Positions 28,655 to 39,362 of a stretch of DNA of 64,000 nt are shown here, one piece after another. Below the pieces are notes generated by a model. The model saw only the letters and a list, made by a program, of their open reading frames with translations. It ran no database searches and was not told the DNA's origin. This DNA comes from an uncultured Chloroflexia bacterium (GTDB lineage Bacteria > Chloroflexota > Limnocylindria > Limnocylindrales > CSP1-4): assembly GCA_963819655.1 (NCBI GenBank), contig CAWFXA010000003.1, positions 384,001 to 448,000 of the forward strand, given 5' to 3'. The position numbers and the translations under genes were made by a program. Every line of letters starts with the position of its first letter. Within the stretch, counting starts at the first letter, position 1.

Positions 28655-30975
28655 GCTGGCCCGCGTCCGCTACTGGCGCCGAGCTCGACGAGGGTCGCCT
28701 CGAGGGCGGACACGAAGACCGGCACCTCGGCCGTGGTGAAGCCCAGCGGTGGGCGGACCTTGAGCACGTTCCCGTTCCGGCCGCATGTGCCGATCAGCAC
28801 GCCGTGCCGGCGCAGACCCTCCTTGATCGCCGACGCGGACGGGGCGTCGGCCACCTCGACGCCGATCGCCAGACCCGCGCCGCGCACGTCGACGATGACG
28901 GGGTCGTCCCCGGCCTTCTCGCGGAGCGCGTCACGCAGCGCTCGGCCTGTTTTGGTGACCCGCTCGAGGACTCGCTCGTCCTCCAGCACGTCGAGCACCG
29001 CGAGCGCCGCTGCCGCCGACACGGGATTGCCGCCGAACGTGCTGAAGAACACGGTCTCGTCCGCGAAGCGCGCCGCGATCTCGCGCCGTGTGATGACCGC
29101 CCCGACCGGATGTCCGTTGCCCATCGGCTTGCCGAGCGTCACGAGATCCGGGGTGATGCCGAGGCGCTGGAACGACCACATCGCCTCGCCGACCCGCCCG
29201 TGACCGCCCTGGACCTCGTCGGCGATCCACAGCCCACCGGCGGCATGGGTCCGCTCGACCCACGCGGCGGCCAGCGCGGGCTCGACGTCCAGGAAGCCAT
29301 CGCTCGTGAGGACGCTGTCGAGGATGACCGCCGCCGGTGCGAGTCCGCGGCCGGCCAGCCGCTCCAGGGCGTCCGCGAACGGGGCCTCGTCGAGATCCGT
29401 CCCGTGCAGTCGATCGGGTGGTGACCACGTCTCGACGTGGTCCGGCCTTCGCCGTGCCTGCCACGACTCGGGCGACAGGGCGGCCGTTGCTTCGGTCACG
29501 CCGTGATACGCGAAGACCGTGCACAGCGCGCCGTCGTTGCCTGTCTGCGCCGTCGCCAGGCGCCAGGCCATGTCGTTCGCCTCGGACCCGGAGTTGACGA
29601 ACATGACCGTGTCGAGGCCCGAATCGGGCGGCATCAGCGCGATGAGCCGCTCGGCGAGCTCGATGGCCGCGGGGTGCAGATAGCGCATGTTGGTGTTGAG
29701 TCGGCGACCCTGTCGCGCGATCGCCTCGGCCACCCGCGGGTGGCCATGCCCGACACACGGCACGTTGTTGTAGGCATCGAGGTAGCGCCGCCCGTCGGCG
29801 GCGGTCATCCACACGCCACTGGCGCTGACGACGTGGATCGGCTCGGCGTAGGTGAGTGGCTCGATCGCCGGACCGAGCGCAGCTTCCCGCCGAGCGGCCA
29901 GGCCGGCGTCGGGGAGGTCCCCGACATCCGCCCCGAGTCGCCGCGCCACCTCGTCCCAGCCGACCGCGAGCAGCGTCTCGATCGTCCGCGCGACGGGGCC
30001 GTTGTAGCGCTCCGCGAACGTCGCGTCCTCGAGTCCACGTTCCGAGCGCCACGACGAGATCGCGATCGTGACGGCCGCCCGCGCGGCCAGCAGCTCCCCG
30101 AGGAGCCGCAGTTCGACCGGTTCGAGCGGCGTCACGCGCTGATAGCCGTCGAGGATCAGCCGCGCCGCGCGGAAGAGCTCGTCGCCGTCCCGGTCGTTGA
30201 GTAGCGAATCGAGGAGCGACGCGAGGTCGGTGACGAGCGCGCTGTGGCTCATGTCGCCGAAGTCGACCACCCCACTGATGAGGCCGGTGTCGTCGGCGAG
30301 GGCGTTGTCGGTGGTCAGGTCGCCGTGAACGACCTGGGCGCGGAGCGACGGCCAGACGGGCACGACCGTCGTTTCGAATCGGTCCAGGACCTCTTCGACC
30401 AATCGCCGGTGGCGTTCGTCGCGGATCGAGCCGAGCAGCTCGCGTGACTGCGCGGCGTGCTGGACATCCCACAGCATCGTCCGCTGGGCGGCGGGATGGA
30501 AGAAACCGCGCAGCGCGCGACCGATGCGGGCCGCCATCTCGCCCCAGCCTGCAAGCGCCGCGTCGGACAGGTCCAGGGCGTCGATGCGAGCGCGGCCCGG
30601 CAGAACCGAATACATCCGCACGTGGTGCTCGCCATCGTCGGCGCGGACGCTCGCCCGCCGCGCACTCGGGTCACCGGATCCGGGAGACGCTCCGGGGATC
30701 AGCCGCGGGATGGCCAGCGGCAGCTCCGGATCGACCCGCGTGGCGTGGAGGACCGCCAGTGCCTCCATGTCGAGGGTCGCTGGGTCTTCGGCGGCATTCG
30801 ACACCTTCATGACCGCCAGCGGCGTGTCGTCGGGGCCGCGTAGGAGGAACGTCTGGTCGCGTTCACTGCCCAGGTCACGCGCGGCGGCGGCCTCGACATC
30901 GAAGGTCTGCCGGGCGATGTCGACGGCAGCGGCGGCATCGAACGCCGGGCGGGCAGCGGCGAGGACAGGGTCCAT
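28651..30975 (-). CDS. Aminoglycoside-kinase-like phosphotransferase fused to class III aminotransferase (hydroxylysine kinase/phospho-lyase type)
   Basis: [20 protein letters not shown]; [48 protein letters not shown]. Confidence 0.88.
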   Translation of the reverse strand: MDPVLAAARPAFDAAAAVDIARQTFDVEAAAARDLGSERDQTFLLRGPDDTPLAVMKVSNAAEDPATLDMEALAVLHATRVDPELPLAIPRLIPGASPGSGDPSARRASVRADDGEHHVRMYSVLPGRARIDALDLSDAALAGWGEMAARIGRALRGFFHPAAQRTMLWDVQHAAQSRELLGSIRDERHRRLVEEVLDRFETTVVPVWPSLRAQVVHGDLTTDNALADDTGLISGVVDFGDMSHSALVTDLASLLDSLLNDRDGDELFRAARLILDGYQRVTPLEPVELRLLGELLAARAAVTIAISSWRSERGLEDATFAERYNGPVARTIETLLAVGWDEVARRLGADVGDLPDAGLAARREAALGPAIEPLTYAEPIHVVSASGVWMTAADGRRYLDAYNNVPCVGHGHPRVAEAIARQGRRLNTNMRYLHPAAIELAERLIALMPPDSGLDTVMFVNSGSEANDMAWRLATAQTGNDGALCTVFAYHGVTEATAALSPESWQARRRPDHVETWSPPDRLHGTDLDEAPFADALERLAGRGLAPAAVILDSVLTSDGFLDVEPALAAAWVERTHAAGGLWIADEVQGGHGRVGEAMWSFQRLGITPDLVTLGKPMGNGHPVGAVITRREIAARFADETVFFSTFGGNPVSAAAALAVLDVLEDERVLERVTKTGRALRDALREKAGDDPVIVDVRGAGLAIGVEVADAPSASAIKEGLRRHGVLIGTCGRNGNVLKVRPPLGFTTAEVPVFVSALEATLVELGASSGRGPA

Positions 30976-31076
30976 GGTCAGCGCATGGTAGCGGCTAGAA
31001 TGGGCGCCTCATCCCGAACGACCAGCGGTCCGTCTGCCCCTGCGCGGCGGACCGAGCCCAGGAGCCATCCACCGAC

Positions 31077-31634
31077 ATGATCAGCACCGGAGAACTGCGA
31101 AAGGGCGTCACCATCGAGCTCGACGGCGAGCTCTGGCAGATCCTCGATTACCACCACATCAAGATGGGTCGCGGGTCCGCCCAGGTTCGCATCACGCTGC
31201 GCAACGTCAAGCGCGGCCAGACCATCGAGCGCTCGTTCCAGGCAGGGACGAAATGGCCACGCGCGCAGCTCGAGCAGCGCCCCGTCCAGTTCCTGTACCG
31301 CGATGGCGATGACTTCCACTTCATGGACAACGACACCTACGATCAGTTTCACCTCACCGCGAGCCAACTGGGCGACACCACGCAATTCCTCAAGGACGGC
31401 ATGACACTCGACCGCACGAGCTACCAGGGCGAGACCATCGGCGTCGAGCTGCCTGTGACCGTGGACCTGTCTGTCATCGACACGGAGCCCGGGTTCGCCG
31501 GGGACACCCAGACCGGCGCCCGCAAGCCGGCGACGACGGAGACCGGCCTCGTCGTCCAGGTCCCGATCTTCGTGGAGAGCGGCGACACGATCCGTATCGA
31601 CACGCGGACCGGGGAGTACCAGACGCGGATCTGA
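31077..31634 (+). CDS. efp: Elongation factor P
   Basis: HIKMGRGSA, FMDNDTYDQ, PGFAGDT, KPATTETG, DTRTGEY; AGGAG SD. Confidence 0.97.
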   Translation: MISTGELRKGVTIELDGELWQILDYHHIKMGRGSAQVRITLRNVKRGQTIERSFQAGTKWPRAQLEQRPVQFLYRDGDDFHFMDNDTYDQFHLTASQLGDTTQFLKDGMTLDRTSYQGETIGVELPVTVDLSVIDTEPGFAGDTQTGARKPATTETGLVVQVPIFVESGDTIRIDTRTGEYQTRI

Positions 31635-31710
31635 TGGCCGGCCACCGCGGCATCGAAGCTGACCTGCTCGACGGCGACGACCGCTGGCGCTACATCCAGC
31701 AGGGGTTCGG

Positions 31711-33198
31711 ATGAGCGACCGCGAGCGCAGCGCGCCACCCGACTGGGCCCTGCCGGGTTGGGACGCGGTCGATCCCGACGAGCCGGTCGTCGGGTCGCCC
31801 TCCGCGCCTCGGCGGACGGCGGGCGGCCGGCCCGCGGAAGCCGGCCCGCCCCCGGGACCGCCCTCGGGCCCGCTCGCGGCTCCCGGCACGTTCGGTCTGC
31901 GGATCCTCCAGGTCAGTGAGGTCACCCGAGCGGTCAGGACCGCGATCCGCCAGGACCCGCGCCTGGTCGACCTGTGGGTGGAAGGCGAGATCGGCCGCGT
32001 GACAGTCTCGAGCGCCGGGCACGCCTATTTCGCATTGAAGGACGAGCGCAACCAGCTCCAATGCGTGTGGTTCCGCGACGACCGCGTCCGCTCCGCGTTC
32101 TCGGCCCAGGCCGGTCTGCGGGTCGTGGTCCACGGCCGCGTCGACCTGTACGAACCGACCGGGTCGATGCAGCTCTATGTCGATTCGATCCAGCCGGCGG
32201 GGCTCGGCGATCTCGCGCTGCGGTTCGAGGCACTCAAGGCGCGGCTCGCGGCGGAGGGTCTCTTCGAGACCGCACGCAAGCGCCCGCTGCCTTCCCGCCC
32301 ACCGACGATCGCGGTCGTCACCAGCCCGTCCGGAGCCGTGTGGCGCGACATCAGCCACGTCCTGGCCCGGAGGTGGCCGCTCGTCCAGGTCGTTCTTGTT
32401 GCCGCGCAGGTCCAGGGCGACGGCGCCCCGGCCAGCATCGTGACTGCGCTCCGGCGGACCGCCCGCTACGCCCAGGCCATGCACGACGCCGGCCGCCCGG
32501 ACGACGCGCCGGCGCTGACGATCCTCGCCCGCGGCGGCGGCTCGCTCGAGGACTTGTGGGCTTTCAACGACGAGCGGGTCGTCCGCGCCGTCGTCGCGCA
32601 TCCGCTCCCGGTCGTGTGCGGTGTCGGGCACGAGGTCGACGTGACGCTCGCCGATTTCGCGGCCGATGTGCGGGCTCCGACCCCGTCCGCTGCCGCGGAG
32701 ATCGTCGTGCCCGATCGCCTCGAGATGGCGGGCGCCCTGCGGCGCGCCGCCGACCGCCTCGCGACCGCCACGGAACGTCGTCTTGCCGCGGCCGGGCGCG
32801 ACCTCGCGGTCGAACGTCGTGCTCTCGATCGCGCGAGCCCGGCCGCCCGGCTGGTCGCGGCGCGAGAGCAGGTCGGCCTCCTGTTCGACCGAGCGACGCG
32901 CGCCGTCGACGCACGGTTGGCCCAGGAGCGTCTCAGGCTCGCGACCGCGTCATCCGCGTTGCCCCGCTACGCTGCCGCCCGCGTCGCGACCGCGCGGTCG
33001 GCCCTCGACGCTTCTGCAGCCGCGCTGGCCGTCCTCGGTCCGAACGCCACGCTCGAGCGCGGCTACGCGATCGTCCGGCGTGGCCCTGACGGCGCCATCG
33101 TCCGGGATCCGCACGACGCGCCCGCGGGAGCGCCGCTGCGGATCCGCGTGGCGCGCGGCGAGATCGCCGCGACCGTCGACGAGGGGCCCGGCGCATGA
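31711..33198 (+). CDS. xseA: Exodeoxyribonuclease VII large subunit
   Basis: WVEGEI, GHAYFALKD, VVTSPSGA, RGGGSLEDLWAFN, GHEVD, PTPSAAAE, LERGYA; Pro-rich N-terminal extension, start uncertain. Confidence 0.95.
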   Translation: MSDRERSAPPDWALPGWDAVDPDEPVVGSPSAPRRTAGGRPAEAGPPPGPPSGPLAAPGTFGLRILQVSEVTRAVRTAIRQDPRLVDLWVEGEIGRVTVSSAGHAYFALKDERNQLQCVWFRDDRVRSAFSAQAGLRVVVHGRVDLYEPTGSMQLYVDSIQPAGLGDLALRFEALKARLAAEGLFETARKRPLPSRPPTIAVVTSPSGAVWRDISHVLARRWPLVQVVLVAAQVQGDGAPASIVTALRRTARYAQAMHDAGRPDDAPALTILARGGGSLEDLWAFNDERVVRAVVAHPLPVVCGVGHEVDVTLADFAADVRAPTPSAAAEIVVPDRLEMAGALRRAADRLATATERRLAAAGRDLAVERRALDRASPAARLVAAREQVGLLFDRATRAVDARLAQERLRLATASSALPRYAAARVATARSALDASAAALAVLGPNATLERGYAIVRRGPDGAIVRDPHDAPAGAPLRIRVARGEIAATVDEGPGA

Positions 33199-33335
33199 GC
33201 CAGGACCTCGTCGTGTTCGTGATCGCCGTGGCCGTTCTCGCGATCGTCGGGATCGGCATCGGTATGCTGGTGGCCCCGCGACTCGGGCGGCTGGCCGAGC
33301 GCATCGATGAGGACGCCGGTGACGGGACCGACTGA
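33195..33335 (+). CDS. Small single-TM protein (46 aa) between xseA and xseB
   Basis: MSQDLVVFVIAVAVLAIVGIGIGMLVAPRLGRLAERIDEDAGDGTD; ATGA overlap with the xseA stop. Confidence 0.6.
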   Translation: MSQDLVVFVIAVAVLAIVGIGIGMLVAPRLGRLAERIDEDAGDGTD

Positions 33336-33615
33336 GACGCAGGCGATCGAGGAGACCGAGGAGACCGCGCCGCCGATCGAGGATCTCTCGTTCGATGACG
33401 CCCTCGCCGAGCTCCAGCGGACCATCGCCGAGCTCGAGAGCGGTAACCTGCCCCTCGAGCGGACGCTCGCGTTGCACGAGCGCGGTGCCGCCCTGCTCGA
33501 GCGGTGCGAGACGCTCCTGCGCAGCGCGGAGCTCCGGATGCGCCAGCTCGTCGCCAAGGGCGGTGGACTGGAGACGGTCGCGGTGACCGAGGACCGCACC
33601 CTTGACGAGGGCTGA
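33319..33615 (+). CDS. xseB: Exodeoxyribonuclease VII small subunit
   Basis: LSFDDALAEL..IAELESGNLPLE..L..G..L...C...L..AE; start 33307 or 33319. Confidence 0.92.
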   Translation: MTGPTETQAIEETEETAPPIEDLSFDDALAELQRTIAELESGNLPLERTLALHERGAALLERCETLLRSAELRMRQLVAKGGGLETVAVTEDRTLDEG

Positions 33616-33745
33616 TCAGGTTTCCGCAGGCAGGATGTTGAGATTGCCGCGGAACAGGTTGTCGGGGTCGTAGCGAGCCTTCACTCGCTGCAGCCGGATG
33701 TACGTGTCGGCGGGGTAGGCGGCGCGCGCCGGTTCGTCTCGCGCG
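33616..33745 (-). pseudogene. 3' remnant of FAD-linked oxidase (BBE C-terminal domain)
   Basis: AAYPADTYIRLQRVKARYDPDNLFRGNLNI is the typical BBE C-terminus; nothing upstream matches an FAD-binding domain. Confidence 0.75.
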
Positions 33746-33747
33746 TC

Positions 33748-34139
33748 GTGACAGCGTGGTCGGGCATCGGGGCATTTGGTATGGAGGCCGCCCGTCCGTA
33801 CCGCAGTGTCACGGCCAACGTGAACTACGCGCATGGCAGCGTCCTTAGGTCCCGTACCGCGCCGTTCAACCACTTTCTGCGCCCGTCTATAGGCCATAGA
33901 GCAGCTGTCGATGCGCCATATGCATGGTCGACGGCGTTGAAGCTGTCGACGCAGGGCCTGGAGATCGACATTGCGTCGCCGTCATGCGCGTACTTCATGG
34001 TCGGACCGGGGCCAGGGCGGGTTTGGGGGCCACGCGTCCGCTGACCGCCCCCTCCAGCGCGGCGATCCGGGAGGTCTGGACGGGCAATTCGTACATCAGC
34101 GAGGTCGTTACGTACGATCTTCGCGCGACGGTCCTGTGA
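33748..34139 (+). pseudogene. Probable 3' gene remnant of unknown protein (frameshift at G5 run 34025-34029)
   Basis: ORFs 33748..34044 and 33924..34139 join if one G is added; lower GC; no clear start signals. Confidence 0.35.
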
Positions 34140-34288
34140 CATGCGGCTCGGGGCTCGGACCACAGGCAGAACCTTTCGGGACGACTAGACTGTCGCCCGC
34201 CGTCTTGAGACGTGCGACCCTACGCACCGACATCACAGACGGGCCGCCAGACCCGTCCAGCGACCGACGTATCGGAGCAACCGCCCGC

Positions 34289-36305
34289 GTGACCATCCTC
34301 TCTCAACTCAGCGCTCCGTCCGACCTGCGCGGCATGACCGAGCCCGAGCTCGAGCAACTCGCCGTCGAGATCCGCCGGACGATCGTGTCGACCGTCGCCG
34401 AGACCGGCGGCCACCTCGGCTCCTCGCTCGGTGTCGTCGAGCTGACGATCGCCCTGCATCGACTGCTCGAGTCGCCGCGCGACAGGATCGTGTGGGACAC
34501 CGGTCACCAGGCCTATCCGCATAAGCTGCTGACAGGTCGGCTGGACCAATTCCGGACCCTCCGTTCGCTCGATGGTGTCGGCGGCTTCCCGCGTCGCTCC
34601 GAGTCGCCACACGACGTGTTCGATGGCGGGCACGCCGGGACCGGGTTGTCGATCGCCGAGGGCCTCGCGGAGGCTCGCGACCTGCGTCACGGGATGGAAC
34701 GGATCGCGGTCGTGGTCGGTGACGCCGCGCTGATGAGCGGACTGTCGCTCGAGGCGCTCAACGACATCGGTCAGCGCAAGACCCAGATGCTGATCGTCGT
34801 GAACGACAACGAGATGTCGATCAGCCCGACGGTCGGCGCGTTCTCCAAGTACCTCTCGCAGATCAAGCTGTCCGGTGCGTGGCGCCAGAGCCGCAGCGCG
34901 TATGACCGCGCGGTGCTCCGTGTTCCCGTGTTTGGCCCGCATCTGCTCGAGTTGTCGAGGCGGCTGCGCGCCTCGGTCGTCCGCTTCGCCCAGCCGGGCC
35001 AGCTGTTCGAGGATCTCGGCATCACGTACATCGGCGTCGTGCCGGGCCACGACCTCCGTGCCCTCCTCGAGACCCTCGGGGCCGCGCTGGCCCTGCCGGG
35101 CCCGATCATCGTTCACGTCCGCACCCAGAAGGGGCACGGATACCGGCCGGCGATCGAGGACCAGGTCGGCTTCCACGGTGCGGCGCTGCCACCGATGCAG
35201 CTGGCGCCCGAGACCGACGCGTACGACGGCGTGAAGACCGCACCGGCCAGGGCTCCCGACCGAGTCGATGACCGACGACGCGGCCTCACCGACTCCGGAG
35301 CCCGCGGCGCCGAAGAAGAACCCGAACTACACCGCCGTGTTCGCGGCCGAGCTCATCGAGGCGGCTCGGGACGACCGCCGCGTCGTCGGGATCACGGCCG
35401 GCATGCCGACCGGGACCGGTATGTCGAAGCTCGCCCAGGTCTTCCCGGAGCGTGTCTTCGACGTCGGGATCGCCGAGCAGCACGCGATGACTCTTGCGAC
35501 CGGTCTGGCCATGGGCGGCATGCGCCCGGTCGTCGCCTTGTACTCCACGTTCCTCCAGCGGGCGTTCGACCAGACCGTCCACGACGTGTGCCAGAACGAC
35601 CAGCCGGTCCTCATCGCCGTCGACCGGGCTGGGCTCGTGGGTGAGGACGGGACGAGCCACCAGGGCATGTTCACGCTTCCAGCGCAGCGCCAGCTCCCGA
35701 ACCTCGTCATCGCCTCGCCGAAGGACGAGCAGGAGCTGCGGTCGCTGCTCCGGACCGCGCTCGCCCAGGACCACCCGTTCGCGCTCCACTACCCGCGTGA
35801 CCCGGGCTTCGGGCTGGAGCCGATCGATCCGGTCGTGCTGCCGGTCGGGCAGGGCGAGACGATCCAGGAGGGGCGCGACCTGCTGTTCGTCGGGTTCGGG
35901 CCGATCGTCGCGCGCGCTATCGATGCGGCGGCCACGCTCGCGGCCGACGGCTGGTCGATCGGTGTGATCAACGCCAGGTTCGCGAAGCCACTCGACCGCC
36001 AGCTGATCCTCGACGCGGCGCGCGGCAAGCGCCTCGTGGTGACATTCGAGGAGAGCGTGGTCGCCGGCGGGTTCGGGAGCGCGGTGCTGGAGCTGATCGA
36101 GGAGGCGCGCCTCGCGGACGCCGACTATCGGGACGTGGCGGTGCGGATCGTCGGCATCCCGGGAGACCGCTTCGTGGACCACGGGTCGGTGGCAGATCTC
36201 CGTCGCGTCCTGCGGCTCGACGCACCTGGCCTCGTCGAGCAGGTGCGCGACACGCTCGCCACGCTGCGGCTGGCTCCGGGTCGGTCGACCTCCGACATCG
36301 CTTAG
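34289..36305 (+). CDS. dxs: 1-deoxy-D-xylulose-5-phosphate synthase (1-bp frameshift near GGG 35250-35252)
   Basis: GGHLGSSLG, WDTGHQAY, GDAALMSG..EALN..NDN; DVGIAEQH, YSTFLQRAFDQ, DRAGLVGEDG; removing one base gives 671 aa. Confidence 0.93.
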
Positions 36306-36552
36306 GACTCGGCTCGGGACGCTGCGAACGGCGCGTTCACCCGGTACATGTTCCTCGCCCGTGAGGGGACCCTCGACGAGTTGTTCGCAACGGGCGCGCC
36401 GTTCACGGTCCTCGCATGGGTCCTCGCCCACGGATCGTCGGACGCCAGCCCCGTCACAGCGCAGGCGCGGGAGCGCGGCCAGGGCTCGTAAGGTCGAGGC
36501 CCGATAGACGTCATACGGGCGTGAACGTCTCGTCGACCGGCCGAGAGGGGCC

Positions 36553-37644
36553 ATGAACGGTCGCGGCTGGGGATCCATGCGACAGGTGTCGGTGGTGATG
36601 GCGCTTGGTGTCGCGTGCGTGATCGGCGACATCGGCTGGGCGCCGGTCGCGCCCCCGACGAGCGTCAGCGCACGATCCCGGCTCCCGGGAACGGCCGGCA
36701 CGCCGGTCTCTAACGTGCCAGCCGCCGCGGTCCGCCGCCCGTCGATCGCGCCGACCACCATGTCGCCTCCCGAGACAAGGCCGCAGCCCGGCATCGCGGC
36801 GCCGTATCGCATGACTGCATTCGACATCCAGGATCTCGGACCGAACGAGGTGCCGTACGCGGACACGCGCATCCCATCGACCGGGCCGCCGCCACTCCAC
36901 GACCGCGACGGCCTGCCGATCAAGATCGTCGACGGTCGGCGGCACTACAGCCCGTCCGGCCTGGCGCAATTCGGTCTGCGCTACGAGGACGCGTATCGAC
37001 GCACGCGAGACCCCGCCCATCTCGAGATCGCCCGCAAGGCCCTCGGCAAGCTGATGGACCTCGGCGTCGAGGCGAATGGCGGCCTGTTCATCCCGTACAG
37101 GTTCGACTTCGCGATGCACGGCATCGAGAACGAGGTCATGCGCGCACCCTGGTATTCGGCGATGGCCCAGGGGCTGGCGCTGTCGCTCGCGATACGGCTC
37201 CACCGGGACACCGAGGAAAGGGGCTTCCGCGACGACGCCGATCGTCTCTTTGCCTCGTTCCTGACCGTCCGCCGCGGCCCCGATCCGTGGGTGACATATG
37301 TCGACGACGGCTTCCTGTGGCTCGAGGAGTATCCGGAGCCCACGACGCCGTCCGACCACACCGCCAACGGCTTCAATTTCGCGGTGTTCGGGATCTACGA
37401 CTACTACCAGGCGACCCGCGAGCCGGCCGCGCTGCGGATCCTGCGTGCGAGCCTCACGACCATGCGCCACCACGTCGCCGACTTCCGCGTGCCCGGCGGG
37501 GTCAGCAGGTACTGCCTCCGCCACGGCCGGCCCCAGGTCAAGTACCACCGCGTGCTCATCTGGCAGCTCAGGTTCCTGTCGTCGATGAGCGGCGACCCGT
37601 ATTTCGCCAAGATGTCGAGGAAGCTGACCGCCGACCATCCCTGA
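36553..37644 (+). CDS. Secreted D-glucuronyl C5-epimerase-family protein
   Basis: PWYSAMAQG.ALS, WLEEYP, HTANGF.FAVFGIYDY, SRYCL, KYH..LIWQL motifs; N-terminal hydrophobic segment and Pro-rich linker. Confidence 0.8.
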   Translation: MNGRGWGSMRQVSVVMALGVACVIGDIGWAPVAPPTSVSARSRLPGTAGTPVSNVPAAAVRRPSIAPTTMSPPETRPQPGIAAPYRMTAFDIQDLGPNEVPYADTRIPSTGPPPLHDRDGLPIKIVDGRRHYSPSGLAQFGLRYEDAYRRTRDPAHLEIARKALGKLMDLGVEANGGLFIPYRFDFAMHGIENEVMRAPWYSAMAQGLALSLAIRLHRDTEERGFRDDADRLFASFLTVRRGPDPWVTYVDDGFLWLEEYPEPTTPSDHTANGFNFAVFGIYDYYQATREPAALRILRASLTTMRHHVADFRVPGGVSRYCLRHGRPQVKYHRVLIWQLRFLSSMSGDPYFAKMSRKLTADHP

Positions 37645-37707
37645 TCGTCGGGAGCCACCGCTGCCGGCGGTGAGTCCGCGTGAAGCGGGCTGTGCCACGA
37701 TAGGCCG

Positions 37708-38520
37708 GTGAGCCCGACCGTCACGCATCGGACGAGCAAGGTCCGTCTCGACCAGCTCCTCGTGGACCGCGGCCTGGCCGACACCAGGGCAAAGGCCCAG
37801 GCCCTCGTGCTGGCCGGCAAGGTGCTCGTCGGGGACGGCGATAGCGGCCGCCGCGATCGCAAGCCCGGCGACCAGGTCGATGTTACCGCGACCGTCCGCG
37901 TCGAGGCTCCGGAGCCGTATGTCAGCCGAGGCGGCCACAAGCTTGCAGCCGCCCTCGACGCGTTCGGGATAAACCCTGCGGGCGTGACGGCGCTGGACGT
38001 CGGCGCCTCGACGGGCGGCTTCACCGACGTCCTGTTGCAGCGCGGCGCGCGCCACGTCTACGCTCTCGACGTGGGTCGCGCTCAGCTCGCCGAGTCGTTG
38101 CGTCGCGATCCCCGCGTCACCTCGCTCGAGCGGACCAACGCGCGTGCCCTGACCGCGACGACCCTGCCCGCGCCGATCGACCTCGCCGTCATCGACGTCG
38201 CGTTCATCTCGCTCGACAAGATCCTCGGCCCCGTCCAGACGACCATGGCTCCCACCGGGCATATCGTCGCCCTCGTGAAGCCCCAGTTCGAGGCCGGCAA
38301 GGGTCGAACCGACAAGGGCGTCGTCCGCGACCCAGCCATCCACCGGGAGGTGCTCGAGCGAGTCACGGGTCATGCACGCACGCTCGGCCTCGGCACCCGC
38401 GATGTGATCGCTTCGCCGATCCTCGGTCCGGAGGGCAACCGCGAGTTCCTGGTTCACTTAGCCGCCGGTCCCAGCTGTGCTGACCTGCCTGCCCGCATCG
38501 TGGGGGTCGCCGGCACGTGA
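37708..38520 (+). CDS. tlyA: TlyA rRNA 2'-O-methyltransferase
   Basis: S4 domain RLDQLLV, YVSRGGHKL, DVGASTGGFTD, LVKPQFEAG, GPEGNRE. Confidence 0.96.
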   Translation: MSPTVTHRTSKVRLDQLLVDRGLADTRAKAQALVLAGKVLVGDGDSGRRDRKPGDQVDVTATVRVEAPEPYVSRGGHKLAAALDAFGINPAGVTALDVGASTGGFTDVLLQRGARHVYALDVGRAQLAESLRRDPRVTSLERTNARALTATTLPAPIDLAVIDVAFISLDKILGPVQTTMAPTGHIVALVKPQFEAGKGRTDKGVVRDPAIHREVLERVTGHARTLGLGTRDVIASPILGPEGNREFLVHLAAGPSCADLPARIVGVAGT

Positions 38521-39362
38521 CGGTCAAGCGCATCGGTTTCGCGTACAACCCGACCATCGAGGCGACGATCGAGCTCGCGGCACGGGCGTCGGGCTGGTGC
38601 CGCCTGCGCGGCATCGACGAATGGCAGGCGCAGAGCGGCGATCTCGAGGCGCTTCGGCGCGAGCTGCCGACGACCGATGCCCTCGTCGTGCTCGGCGGGG
38701 ACGGCACGTTCCTGCGGGCCGCCATGGCCGTCGCCGAGATCGATGTCCCGATCCTCGGCATCAACCTGGGCAAGGTCGGCTTCCTGTCGAAAGCCGAAGC
38801 CGCTGAGCTCGAGCCCGTGCTCGAGAAGATCGCCGGGGGAGAGTTCACGCTCGACGAGCGGATGGTCCTCGAGGGCCACATCCTGCGCCGCGGCGCGGCG
38901 GGGGAGGGGCCGCGTCACATCGCGCTCAACGACATCGTCATCGCGCGTGGCTCGCTTGCCCGCGTGTGCCGGCTCGACGTCAGCATCGACGACACCCACC
39001 TTGCCACCTTCATCGCCGACGGCCTGGTGGTAGCGAGCCCCACGGGGAGCACCGGCTACTCGTTCTCCGCCGGTGGCCCGATCCTCGACCCGATCAGCCG
39101 CAACCTCGTCGTGACGCCGATCGCTGCGTACCTCTCGGCCATCCGCTCGGTCGTCGTCAGCCCAGAACAGGTCGTTCGCTGCCGGGTGGTCGACGCGCAC
39201 GAAGCGCTTGTCTCGGTCGATGGGCGGGAGGACCTGCCGATCGCTGTCGGCGACGTCGTCGAGGTCCGTGCGATGGAGCGACCGATCCGGCTGATCGAGC
39301 CGCGTGGCGCGCAGCCGTTCTGGGACCTGCTCCGCCACAAGGTCGAGCTCCTGCCGTCGTGA
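38517..39362 (+). CDS. nadK: NAD kinase
   Basis: LGGDGTFL, GINLGKVGFL, ALND, DGLVVASPTGSTGYSFSAGGP. Confidence 0.96.
   Translation: MTVKRIGFAYNPTIEATIELAARASGWCRLRGIDEWQAQSGDLEALRRELPTTDALVVLGGDGTFLRAAMAVAEIDVPILGINLGKVGFLSKAEAAELEPVLEKIAGGEFTLDERMVLEGHILRRGAAGEGPRHIALNDIVIARGSLARVCRLDVSIDDTHLATFIADGLVVASPTGSTGYSFSAGGPILDPISRNLVVTPIAAYLSAIRSVVVSPEQVVRCRVVDAHEALVSVDGREDLPIAVGDVVEVRAMERPIRLIEPRGAQPFWDLLRHKVELLPS

Noticed and set aside
36303-36491. TAG recoding or pyrrolysine read-through
   Set aside because: relA, hisS and other genes end with TAG at their expected C-termini, no pyl genes are seen, and open frames after stops are common at this GC.
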